Positions 37,795 through 47,029 of a stretch of DNA of 64,000 nt are shown one piece after another. The position numbers and the translations under genes were made by a program. The stretch's first letter is position 1. Each line of letters opens with the position of its first letter. The notes under the pieces were generated by a model. It was not told the origin of the DNA. It worked only from the letters and a program-made list of their open reading frames with translations, and searched no databases. Source of the DNA: a bacterium (GTDB lineage Bacteria; UBA8248); contig OZ253442.1 in the NCBI GenBank assembly GCA_965261085.1, positions 3,776,001 through 3,840,000 of the forward strand, given 5' to 3'.

Positions 37795-37950
37795 CCGTAA
37801 TCAATACGCATACGTCCGGCATCAAACGTGCGTCCATTAAAGCGTAAATCTGACGTAAATGCAAGGGGAGGCGAAAAAGAAAACATGATAATTATCGCTT
37901 TTAATACAGCGATTTATCGTGCTTGAGGGTATCCGGTAGTACGATTGTCC
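37795..37950 (-). promoter_or_regulatory. Integrase promoter and probable right boundary of the island
   Basis: TTGCAT (37864-37859)-N17-TTTAAT (37841-37836); AT-rich IHF-like tract; homologous to 8120-8270; gene content changes to core functions beyond it. Confidence 0.55.
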
Positions 37951-38286
37951 ATGGGACGGAATTATTAACGCGTCTTTCGATAAATTAACGGCTATTTATT
38001 TTCTTCGGAAATGACGCCGCCGAAATGCGGCGCAGGGGAATTCTGCCATGGACAGCTACTCCTGCGATGACGGAAAATGCGCGGATTTGCGGGGAGTTGC
38101 AGTGGGGATATTCCCCCGGGCGCAGCGACCGGTTTTCATTTTTTCCATAGGGGATATCACATTTAATTTCAATTGCTTAGATGGCATCGTCCCACCGGCG
38201 CGCATCATGCCCGTGGCGAGGCGACCCGATTTGGTGATATAATACTGGAATCATTACCGAGAGTTTCCAGCATAGAGGACATCGCA

Positions 38287-38928
38287 ATGCCCAGACGCCA
38301 TAAGGTGCGTAAATTCAAGCCCTATCTCATGCGCTACCTCCATTCCGACGACCCGAACTTCGAGCCCGTTCTCCACGATCTGCTCGAACACGAGCACGAG
38401 GTGTATGACGAGAGCACCGTCGGCGAGGGCGCGGAGGTGACGCGCGGAGAGAGGCTTTCCCATATGTGGCACGTTGTTTTTACTGAACTTACCGACATTC
38501 TGACCCCGTTCCACATCGAGCAGCTTTTCGAGCGCCTGGAGAAGGACTTCTCCGCCAAATGCCGGATTCTGCGCGAGATGTCAGGCCCCCAGCCGGTGGA
38601 AAAAGAGCCCGAATTCAGGCATTACCTCATGCGCTATCTCCAATCCAACGACCCGAACTACGAGCCCGTGCTCAGAGATTTGCTCGAACACGAACACGAG
38701 ATCTACGACGCCATGTCGGCAAGCGAGGAGACGGATTTTCAGCGCGGAGAGAGCGGAACGCCCGCCTGGCAGGCGGTCCATGGCCAACTCTCGAAAGTCG
38801 TTTCGCCCGAGCAAATCAAGGAGCTATTCGACAAGCTGGAACGTGATTTTTCAGTCACTTGCGAGCTTTTCCACGAAATGGCCGAGGCCGAAAAACTCAT
38901 GCAGGAAGAAGAAGGTGGGCCCGGCTAG
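38287..38928 (+). CDS. Hypothetical protein made of two ~95-aa internal repeats
   Basis: F..YLMRYL.S.DPN.EPVL.DLLEHEHE.YD...W..V...LF..LE.DFS..C occurs twice; RBS GAGG. Confidence 0.8.
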   Translation: MPRRHKVRKFKPYLMRYLHSDDPNFEPVLHDLLEHEHEVYDESTVGEGAEVTRGERLSHMWHVVFTELTDILTPFHIEQLFERLEKDFSAKCRILREMSGPQPVEKEPEFRHYLMRYLQSNDPNYEPVLRDLLEHEHEIYDAMSASEETDFQRGESGTPAWQAVHGQLSKVVSPEQIKELFDKLERDFSVTCELFHEMAEAEKLMQEEEGGPG

Positions 38929-39062
38929 GCTTAGGGTTTGCGCCTCTGATCCTCTTGCCACTCCTGGCCGCAATACTTACAATCCAAGGCTCATTGCGTC
39001 CAAAGACAATCGAACACATCATGAAACCCGAGGTTTGCAGCTTATCGAGAGGGGATTCCCGC

Positions 39063-39449
39063 ATGGCCAAATACTCATACGACCATCTTCACTTCCGGAG
39101 CGAAGACCCGCACGCCGCCCGAGATTTCTGGATCAACATGTTCGGCGCCACCGTCGTCCAGGAGCGAGAATTGGGCGGCGCCCCGTCGTTCAACATGGAA
39201 TTGAACGGCATGGTGTTCCTCGTCTCCGGCAGGGCCGAAGGAGAAGATCCGGTTCGGACGGGCTCCGAGCCCCGCTACGGGCTGGATCATTTCGGGCTTT
39301 TGGTCGACAACATGGACGAGGCGCAAAAAGAGCTGACCGAAAAGGGCGCCGAGTGGATTTGCGAGCCCTGGGAGATACGCCCAGGGGTGAAAATCGCCTT
39401 CATCAAAGGCCCCGATAACATCAGCATCGAAATGGCCCAGCGCAACTGA
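39063..39449 (+). CDS. VOC/glyoxalase family protein
   Basis: YDHLHFRSED, GLDHFGLLVD, AFIKGPDNISIE. Confidence 0.88.
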   Translation: MAKYSYDHLHFRSEDPHAARDFWINMFGATVVQERELGGAPSFNMELNGMVFLVSGRAEGEDPVRTGSEPRYGLDHFGLLVDNMDEAQKELTEKGAEWICEPWEIRPGVKIAFIKGPDNISIEMAQRN

Positions 39450-39645
39450 TCCCGTGCGTACAACACTCGATACAGCATGACCGGGGGGTAATTGCACCTA
39501 CAAGGTTTTGTTCCCGTTCGCCCTCCGGCAGAGCGGAAGAGATGGCCTTGTGGGATATAACGCCAGAATTTCCAGCGCTGGTATATTCCAGCTCTGAAAT
39601 GATAATCTTTTTCGAGAAGCTTGCCCCGCCGCCAGGAATCTCGCC

Positions 39646-40326
39646 ATGAAAAAATGGAACAGACGAGAATTGCTGAAAAACTCCCTGCTCGGCCTCACCG
39701 CGCTGGGCACGGGCGCCTTCGCGTTTAGGAAAACCCTCGCCCCCACGCCTGCATACGGGGAATTGGGGGAATTCGGGAAATTCCTGCTCGCGCAAGGCGA
39801 GAAACTGGATGAAGCGCCGCCCAAAGCGCGAAAACCGACCGCCCCTGACGCCATGGGACCCTTTTACAAAAGTGGGGCTCCGTTCCGTGGTTATTTGATG
39901 CCGAGGGACGCACCGGGGGCGCGCATGATTATCCGCGGCCAAGTTTATGGCCATGACACCCAGAAAACGCTCGAAGGCGCGACCATCGACGTATGGCAGG
40001 CTGATACGAACGGCCGCTACCACGGTATGGATGAGAAGGATAATTACCTCTATAGAGCGCGTATGCGCACCTCAAGGCGAGGTCTGTATCAGTTCGAAAC
40101 CGTGCATCCGGGGCGTTACGGTTTCGGCTTCTGGGCGAGGCCGTCCCACATCCATTTTCATATCCGCCACCCTGGTTACCAGCCGCTGGTGACGCAGCTA
40201 TATTTTCGGGGTGACCCGAGATTGGGCGACCATGAACGCTCGAAACCCTCTTTGATCATTCCCCTCCAGAAAACTTTTGTGGGGAAAAGGTATGAACTAG
40301 GGTTTTTCGATATCGTTTTGGTGTAG
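39646..40326 (+). CDS. Tat-exported intradiol ring-cleavage dioxygenase-like protein
   Basis: NRRELLK signal; GPFY, DVWQADTNGRY, PGRY, RPSHIH. Confidence 0.85.
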   Translation: MKKWNRRELLKNSLLGLTALGTGAFAFRKTLAPTPAYGELGEFGKFLLAQGEKLDEAPPKARKPTAPDAMGPFYKSGAPFRGYLMPRDAPGARMIIRGQVYGHDTQKTLEGATIDVWQADTNGRYHGMDEKDNYLYRARMRTSRRGLYQFETVHPGRYGFGFWARPSHIHFHIRHPGYQPLVTQLYFRGDPRLGDHERSKPSLIIPLQKTFVGKRYELGFFDIVLV

Positions 40327-40384
40327 AAGTGAGGGAGTCTACTCGTCTCCCGTATGAAACGAAGAAACCCGAAAGACCTGGCAC

Positions 40385-41701
40385 TCAGCCGTAGAGCGCC
40401 GTTTGAAGCTGCTCTCGCATTTTCTCGGGCGCCATTCCAAAGGCGCGAAGCGTGTCGCCCGCTTCCTGAATGACCCGATCGATATCCTCATAGATTTTGT
40501 ACGACTTCGTATAGTCGGGATACTCAAAACCCATGGCCTGGCCGAGAATCGTCATGAAATTCTCGATTTCAAAGGACTCACTCTTTTCCAGATCACATAG
40601 TTCACGATGACAACTATGATAAACGGTGAGCAGCGAATCCACCCGAGCGCGGCGCGCCGAGTCTAAAAGTTTCTCGCGCATCGCCGCTTTCGCCTCTGGA
40701 ATCTGGAGCGTGGGGCATTGATAGCCATGATCCGAGAGTTGTTCAATCTCCACGAACTCGAGACCGGGGACGGCTCTGAGGATTTTCATGACATTTTCCT
40801 CTACGCCATCGCTCCCCCCATGCAGGTGCACGGCGACGCGCTTTTCCACCTTTTGCGTAAATTCTCCTCGCAAGGTTTCCAGATTATCCACCAGATATTG
40901 TGTGATGTGGACGAAAGGCAAAATTTCTTTCTCTTTCGATTCTAAATCACCCGCCATGGGGAGTACCGGCTTCCCGGTGTATAAGTGCTGATATTCTGAG
41001 TATTGCATCTGGCAAGTAGGGCAGAAAGTAATGACTCTTTCCGGCGCATATGATTTGAAATAATCAAGGGATCGCGCGCCCATCGCCGCTCCTGCTTCCA
41101 GATCTCCACGCCTGATGTGGTTGATCCCGCAACAATGGCCCACGCCGCCGGCCACCTCATAGTCCAACCCCAGCCGGTCGAAAACATCTATGCACGAGAG
41201 CAGGATATGGGGCGTCTGGAGGATGTTGCACCCAAAATAAAACACCGCATCCACTTTGTTTTTCTCGGCCCCCCGCACGGCAGTGAGGTTTCTGAAATGT
41301 TCAGGTTCCAATTGCAAGGCGGCCATGAAGCGGATCTTTCGGCTCATATCCTGAAAATAAGACTGGCCGGCCTCTTGAATTTCCGCTTCCCCAGATTCGA
41401 TATTCTGGAGCTTGAGCTTGGCGTAGGAGAGCATTTCACGAGGATTGACGTCCTCCGGGCAGGCCTCGATGCAAATTCCGCTTTTTTGACAAGCCTTGGC
41501 CCAAAGCGCTCCCTCTCGTTCATGGGGGAGATCGTTGATGATGTCGACAACGGATTTCGTCACCCGTTCGGGCACCGCGCCTTTGGCTTCTGAATACTTG
41601 ACCATCGGGCAGACTTCATAACACTTTCCGCAATGCGTACAGGCTTCGGTGATACGGGCGATTCGCTCTTCCATAAAACTCTGATAAGCAGTAGCTTCCA
41701 T
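40385..41701 (-). CDS. Fe-S oxidoreductase (ferredoxin-like + CCG domains; HdrD/GlpC-like)
   Basis: CTHCGKCYEVCP, CQKSGICIEACP, YFGC, HCCG, FCPTC, YHSC. Confidence 0.85.
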   Translation of the reverse strand: MEATAYQSFMEERIARITEACTHCGKCYEVCPMVKYSEAKGAVPERVTKSVVDIINDLPHEREGALWAKACQKSGICIEACPEDVNPREMLSYAKLKLQNIESGEAEIQEAGQSYFQDMSRKIRFMAALQLEPEHFRNLTAVRGAEKNKVDAVFYFGCNILQTPHILLSCIDVFDRLGLDYEVAGGVGHCCGINHIRRGDLEAGAAMGARSLDYFKSYAPERVITFCPTCQMQYSEYQHLYTGKPVLPMAGDLESKEKEILPFVHITQYLVDNLETLRGEFTQKVEKRVAVHLHGGSDGVEENVMKILRAVPGLEFVEIEQLSDHGYQCPTLQIPEAKAAMREKLLDSARRARVDSLLTVYHSCHRELCDLEKSESFEIENFMTILGQAMGFEYPDYTKSYKIYEDIDRVIQEAGDTLRAFGMAPEKMREQLQTALYG

Positions 41702-41979
41702 GGTTCTCCTTCATGAAGGTGAGGAGAAAATTCTATGAGAGGTGGCCGAGGCGGTCAAGCAGGCAAAATAATGTATCGATGCGGATTTCTCAGCCGAGGC
41801 GCTGATGCAAGTTGGTTTCCTATCTCAAGAGTTTTGACCAGATCCTCCCAATATGTTAATTAAGAGCCAGTTTTCCTGACTTCTTGAGTGACGGAAAACC
41901 CTCATGGAAATGGTCTCATCCCCGCATCCGCACAAACATGATTCGTTTTGAACGGAAGGTTTCGAGGAGGTTTTGAGAA

Positions 41980-43491
41980 ATGTCGAATGCTACAGAGAAA
42001 TACGATGTCGTCGTCGTGGGTTGCGGCAACGCCGCACTTTGCGCATCGCTTGCGGCGCGAGACCAGGGGGCGAAGGTCCTGGTGCTAGAAAAAGCGCCCG
42101 AACCATGGCGTGGCGGTAATTCGGCTTTTTCGGGAGGACTTTTCCGCTTCGCCTTTAACAGCATCGAAGACATCTACTCCCTCGTTCCCGATCTTTCCGA
42201 CGCCGAGAAAGAAAACATCGAGATTGACCCCTACACATCGGAAAAATTCTTTGACGATCTTGCCCTATTAACCGAATATCAGACCGACGGCGATCTCGCC
42301 TCCGTCCTCATCCACGAGTCGTTCCCGACCCTGAAATGGATGCAGTCAAAGGGCTTGCGGCTCATCCTCGCAAGCGGTCGGCAGGCATTCAAAGTGGACG
42401 GCAAGATGCGCTTCTGGGGCGGTCTGGTTCTCGAAATCGTTGGTGGTGGACGCGGCCTCATCGATTCACTCCTCGATGCCGCAAATAATGCCGGAGTTGA
42501 GATTCGCTACACATCAAAGGCAATGCGTCTGATCACGGACCCGATGGGCGGCGTGACAGGCGTCGAAGTAAAAGGTCCCGATGGGCCTTATGAAGTCGAA
42601 GCCCACGGGGTGGTTCTGGCATCTGGTGGTTTCGAGGCGAACGCAGAGATGCGCTGCCGGTACCTGGGCCCGGGCTGGGAACTCGCGAAAGTCCGCGGCA
42701 CTCCTTACAACACGGGTGACGGCATCAAGATGGCGCTCGATATCGGCGCCCAACCCTATGGCAACTGGAGCGGCTGTCACGCCGTCGCGTGGGACTTGAA
42801 CGCCCCGCCCTTCGGCGACCTCACGGTAGGAGAGTCCTACCAAAAACACTCCTATCCCTTCGGCATCATCGTGAACATCGAGGGCAACCGTTTTGTGGAT
42901 GAGGGAGCCGATTTCAGAAACTACACCTATGCTAAATATGGTCGGGACATTCTCCAACAACCCCAACGGACCGCTTTTCAGATTTTCGATCAGAAAACGG
43001 TTCACATGCTGCGTGATGAATACCGCATTCGCGAAGTCACCAAGGCCGAGGCCAACACGCTCGAAGAACTTGCCAGACAACTCGAGATCGACGTCGATGC
43101 GTTCGTCAAAACCGTTCAGGAGTATAACGCCGCTATTCAGCCGGGCGAATTCAATCCGACCATCAAAGACGGCAAATGCACAAAAGGGATCGAACCACCA
43201 AAATCGAACTGGGCGCTTCCCATCGATGAACCGCCCTACCTCGGCTTTGCCGTCACCACGGGGATCACATTCACCTTCGGCGGCATCCGCGTAACACCGA
43301 AGGCGGAAGTCATAAACACCGAAAACGAGATTATCCCCGGACTGTTCGCTGCAGGAGAACTCGTGGGCGGCGTCTACTATTTCAACTACCCGGGAGGGTC
43401 GGGACTGACATTAGGCTCCGTCTACGGTCGACTGGCAGGCGCCGCAGCGGGACAGCGCGCCTCCAAGACGAATGCGACGGCTTCTGTGTAA
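41980..43491 (+). CDS. tcuA: FAD-dependent tricarballylate dehydrogenase TcuA-like flavoprotein
   Basis: VVVVGCGNAA, RGGNS, GGFEAN, RFVDEG, ITFTFGG, NYPGGSGL. Confidence 0.8.
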   Translation: MSNATEKYDVVVVGCGNAALCASLAARDQGAKVLVLEKAPEPWRGGNSAFSGGLFRFAFNSIEDIYSLVPDLSDAEKENIEIDPYTSEKFFDDLALLTEYQTDGDLASVLIHESFPTLKWMQSKGLRLILASGRQAFKVDGKMRFWGGLVLEIVGGGRGLIDSLLDAANNAGVEIRYTSKAMRLITDPMGGVTGVEVKGPDGPYEVEAHGVVLASGGFEANAEMRCRYLGPGWELAKVRGTPYNTGDGIKMALDIGAQPYGNWSGCHAVAWDLNAPPFGDLTVGESYQKHSYPFGIIVNIEGNRFVDEGADFRNYTYAKYGRDILQQPQRTAFQIFDQKTVHMLRDEYRIREVTKAEANTLEELARQLEIDVDAFVKTVQEYNAAIQPGEFNPTIKDGKCTKGIEPPKSNWALPIDEPPYLGFAVTTGITFTFGGIRVTPKAEVINTENEIIPGLFAAGELVGGVYYFNYPGGSGLTLGSVYGRLAGAAAGQRASKTNATASV

Positions 43492-43569
43492 ATCCCCGTT
43501 ATCGACATACAGGGAAGACAACACCCACAGCGGCGACAAACTTTTTCCAAACTCATGAACCCATGTGTC

Positions 43570-44148
43570 TCATTGCGTAATACCGCTCAACGAAATCGAC
43601 TCGCCATTCAAGCTCACGATGCTTTTCAGCGGAACGGCGGCCGTCACCATTTGTTCGGCAAAGCATCCTTGTTTCGCATTCTTGATGACCGCCAATACCT
43701 TTTCCGCCGTTTCATCAGATTCCACTTCAAAATGCGTACGGACCTCGGTACAGCCGGAATTAACCGTGCTCTTGAGAACGGAACCCCTTAAAAAATAATC
43801 GAAATCCACGTGCACCTTGGCGTGTGTGAAGGACACTTTCATCATATGCGCGTACCGCGCAAGCTGGGTGAGAAGTCAGAATCCCACCCCCATGGCAATG
43901 TAGCAAAGGGGCTGGGGGTAGGAATCCTCTCCACCGATTCGGGGCGGCTCATCGCAATACACCTCGAAATGTCTGTGCGTCCCCAGTTTGAGTTGGCCTT
44001 TTCCCTCTATCGTTTCGGTATCGGCGGACATGGTGAAAGCATAGCCTTGCGTGGGGAGTTCGGGCTTATCTATCGCACGCTCACCGGGAGTGGCGCTGTC
44101 TTTACGCGGATCGAGAGGTTCCACTTGTTTTGTCTCCTTTGGTGTCAT
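43570..44148 (-). CDS. OsmC-related selenoprotein (in-frame TGA at 43876-43878)
   Basis: Two ORF-track pieces are in the same frame, joined as DEPPRIGGEDSYPQP...GVGF-TGA-LLTQLARYA...GCFAEQ. The TGA is at the OsmC catalytic Cys position and is followed by a hairpin. Confidence 0.8.
43847..43861 (-). promoter_or_regulatory. Candidate bacterial SECIS hairpin
   Basis: TGCGCG-GTA-CGCGCA starting 14 nt after the UGA, with G in the apical loop. Confidence 0.55.
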
Positions 44149-44242
44149 AAGAATGGCAGAAGAAAAACGCTATTATGCACGCAAGGGCGGTGTAAGAGAA
44201 CCGCTGGGGCACTCGTTTTCTTGCATATAAAGGAGTTGTTTT

Positions 44243-45202
44243 GTGAACCGAATCGTCGTGCCAGATGACTATCCTTCAGTTTTCATAGGCAGCGCCGCCG
44301 AAGCCCGACTGCGGGAAATCGGAGACGTAGAAATCCATACCTCAAACCCGCAGACACCCGAAGAATTACTCAACCGCGTTTCTGGGGTGGATGGAATCAT
44401 CAATATCAGAGCCTTTTGCAAGTTCGACGCGGATTTTTTCTCTAATTGCAGCGCTCTCAAAATACTTTCGATTTGGGGAACAGGCACGGATCATGTCGAT
44501 TTGAGCGCGGCAAAAAACGCAAACGTCATCGTCTCGAATACGCCGGGCGTGGCCGCCGTTTCCGTGGCGGAACACACCCTGGCCCTCATGATGGCGGCGG
44601 CGCGTCAAATACCCGGAAATGATTCCTCCATGCGGGCGGGCGAGTGGCCGCGTGGCCAGATGACGCAATTAAACGGAAAAACGCTCGGCCTCATCGGCCT
44701 GGGCGCCATCGGCCAGCAGACTGCCCGCATCGCCGCCGGTATCGGGATGAAGCTCATCGCCTGGACGTTTCATCCAGACGATGATTTCGCTGCAAAAGTA
44801 GGGCTGGAGTTCGTCGATTTGAACACTTTGTATGAACGGGCCGACGTTGTCTCGCTACACGTGCGGCAATCGGCGGACACCATCGGCATGATCGACGCGG
44901 AGGCGTTCTCCCGCATGGGGCCAAACACCATTTTGGTGAACACCGCCCGTGGACCAATTCTAGAAGAAAAGGCGCTCATATCGGCTTTGACGAATGGGAC
45001 TCTGGCCGCGGCGGGTCTCGACGTATTTGACCAGGAACCTCTGCCACCTAATCATCCATTGGGGAAATTAGAAAATGTAGTTCTCTCCCCGCATAATGCG
45101 GGCATCACACCCGAGGTGACCGAAGCAGGACTTTTGATGTCGGTGGAAAACGTTGCCGCAGCCCTCTCTGGGAATCCACAAAACATGGTGTATCCATCAT
45201 GA
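44243..45202 (+). CDS. D-isomer-specific 2-hydroxyacid dehydrogenase (SerA-like)
   Basis: GLIGLGAIG, VNTARG, LDVFDQEP, SPHNAG. Confidence 0.9.
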   Translation: MNRIVVPDDYPSVFIGSAAEARLREIGDVEIHTSNPQTPEELLNRVSGVDGIINIRAFCKFDADFFSNCSALKILSIWGTGTDHVDLSAAKNANVIVSNTPGVAAVSVAEHTLALMMAAARQIPGNDSSMRAGEWPRGQMTQLNGKTLGLIGLGAIGQQTARIAAGIGMKLIAWTFHPDDDFAAKVGLEFVDLNTLYERADVVSLHVRQSADTIGMIDAEAFSRMGPNTILVNTARGPILEEKALISALTNGTLAAAGLDVFDQEPLPPNHPLGKLENVVLSPHNAGITPEVTEAGLLMSVENVAAALSGNPQNMVYPS

Positions 45203-45320
45203 TTTGCTATAATGAGGCATGGAAATAGGCCATTTTCTTTACCTGGAGTCCTCCGTACAGAGTCAATAGCGGCATGAATCTTCCTTCAATTCTTTCGCCC
45301 GAACGAGTAAGGAGAAGAAA

Positions 45321-46001
45321 ATGAGTCCTACAGGAAGGGCCTGCGTAGCGGAAGCCATCGGCACGTTTGCGCTGTGCTTCATCGGCGCGGGCGCTATCAT
45401 CTTGAATCAGAAAACGGGTGGAGCTGTAGGTTTAATCGGCATTGCCCTCGCCCACGGTTTGATCCTCTCGGTCATGATTTCCGCGATGGGACACGTATCG
45501 GGTGGCCACTTCAATCCAGCCGTAACCATCGGTTTTATGGTGACTAAAAAGACCGACGGCGGCACAGGCATTTCCTACATTATCAGCCAACTCGTGGGTG
45601 GAACCGTGGCCGGCATCCTGCTGAGAATTATCTTTGCCGCCGACGTCTGGCAAAAAGTGAATCTGGGAACCCCGACCCTGGCGAGTGACGTGAGTTTCGG
45701 CATGGGAATTCTGATCGAAATCATCCTCACGTTCTTCCTCGTCACCGCTATATGGGGCTCCGCGGTGGACAACAGGCACCCCGACGTGGGTGGTTTCGCG
45801 ATTGGCCTCACCATCGCCGCAGACATTTTGATGGGAGGCCCACTCACGGGAGCATCCATGAATCCGGCGCGCACATTCGGCCCCGCATTGGCCGGAGGCG
45901 GTTTCGATGGCATCAACCACTTGGTCTATTGGATAGGCCCCATCATCGGCGGTGTGGCGGCGGCCCTGGTCTACAACAACATACTGATCAAAAAAGAATA
46001 A
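45321..46001 (+). CDS. MIP/aquaporin channel
   Basis: SGGHFNPAVT and GASMNPARTFGP. Confidence 0.93.
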   Translation: MSPTGRACVAEAIGTFALCFIGAGAIILNQKTGGAVGLIGIALAHGLILSVMISAMGHVSGGHFNPAVTIGFMVTKKTDGGTGISYIISQLVGGTVAGILLRIIFAADVWQKVNLGTPTLASDVSFGMGILIEIILTFFLVTAIWGSAVDNRHPDVGGFAIGLTIAADILMGGPLTGASMNPARTFGPALAGGGFDGINHLVYWIGPIIGGVAAALVYNNILIKKE

Positions 46002-46008
46002 GGCGAAA

Positions 46009-46045
46009 AAATAGCCCCGGCACGTATCGACTGCCGGGGCTATTT
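46009..46045. terminator. Bidirectional intrinsic terminator
   Basis: AAATAGCCCCGGCA / TGCCGGGGCTATTT between convergent genes. Confidence 0.8.
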
Positions 46046-46056
46046 CGTGTGGTTTC

Positions 46057-47019
46057 CTACGCGTTTTCTTCGACGATATTGGTGGGCGCACCCTTCAGAA
46101 ACGCTTCGATGTTCGCTACCGGTACGTCGCGGAACCTCGCATACGTGCCATCGGTAATCCAAGCCGAATGCGGCGTGATGATGACATTATCCAAAGAACG
46201 ATAGATTGAATCTTTCGGCAACGGCTCGAAAGGCTCAAAAACGTCGAGGCCGGCGCCTGCGATGCGCCGGTTTCTCAAGGCGTCCAGCAGCGCATCCTCA
46301 TCCACAATTTGAGCGCGTGCCGTGTTGATGAAATAAGCCGTTTCCTTCATCCGGGCGAATTTCTCTCTCGTCATGAAAGGCGCGGCGCCCGCCGACAAAT
46401 GAAGATGGAGCGACACAACGTCAGATGCGAGACATTCCTCGACAGAAGCCGCTTCCGCCCCCTCGGCTTGCGCGCGCTCGGGCGTCATGGAAGGAGAGCA
46501 GGTGACGACCCTCATCCCGAAGCCCAAGGCCATGCGGCAAACCAGGTGGGCAATATGACCGAAACCAATGAGGCCCAGCGTCTTCCCGGCAAGCTCGACC
46601 CCTTGATCCTGGGGCCAGCCGCCCTCTTTCATGGCGGGGAACATGAGCGGCATTCTTTTCGCCAACGCCAGGATCAACATCATCGTGTGCTCGGCCACCG
46701 ACGAGGCGCTTGCCGCAGGCGTCGTGCTCACCACGATTCCGCGTTCGTTGGCGCGATGCATGTCGATCATGCGTGGGCGCGTGCCCATCACTGAAATCAT
46801 CTTGAGATGAGGAATATGATCCAGCAGATCGGTCGTCTTGAAGTCGGTTTGATACCTGGTCGTCAGGATGATCTCCGCGTCTTTCAGGCGCTCGCGGAGC
46901 AATTCTTCATTTTCGGCGTTCTCGGTGTAATGATTCACATCGCCCAAGGCCCGCAATCGACCCAAGGCTTCGGAACCTTCAAACAAATGAAAACAATCGT
47001 CCGGAATAACGATTTCCAT
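46057..47019 (-). CDS. D-isomer-specific 2-hydroxyacid dehydrogenase
   Basis: GLIGFGHIA, INTARA, GLDVFE, TPHSAW. Confidence 0.88.
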   Translation of the reverse strand: MEIVIPDDCFHLFEGSEALGRLRALGDVNHYTENAENEELLRERLKDAEIILTTRYQTDFKTTDLLDHIPHLKMISVMGTRPRMIDMHRANERGIVVSTTPAASASSVAEHTMMLILALAKRMPLMFPAMKEGGWPQDQGVELAGKTLGLIGFGHIAHLVCRMALGFGMRVVTCSPSMTPERAQAEGAEAASVEECLASDVVSLHLHLSAGAAPFMTREKFARMKETAYFINTARAQIVDEDALLDALRNRRIAGAGLDVFEPFEPLPKDSIYRSLDNVIITPHSAWITDGTYARFRDVPVANIEAFLKGAPTNIVEENA

Positions 47020-47029
47020 CGATGATGGC

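Noticed and set aside
37950-38280. tRNA or tmRNA integration site at the island boundary
   Set aside because: No cloverleaf, T-arm GTTCGA motif or CCA end could be found, so the exact right boundary remains approximate.
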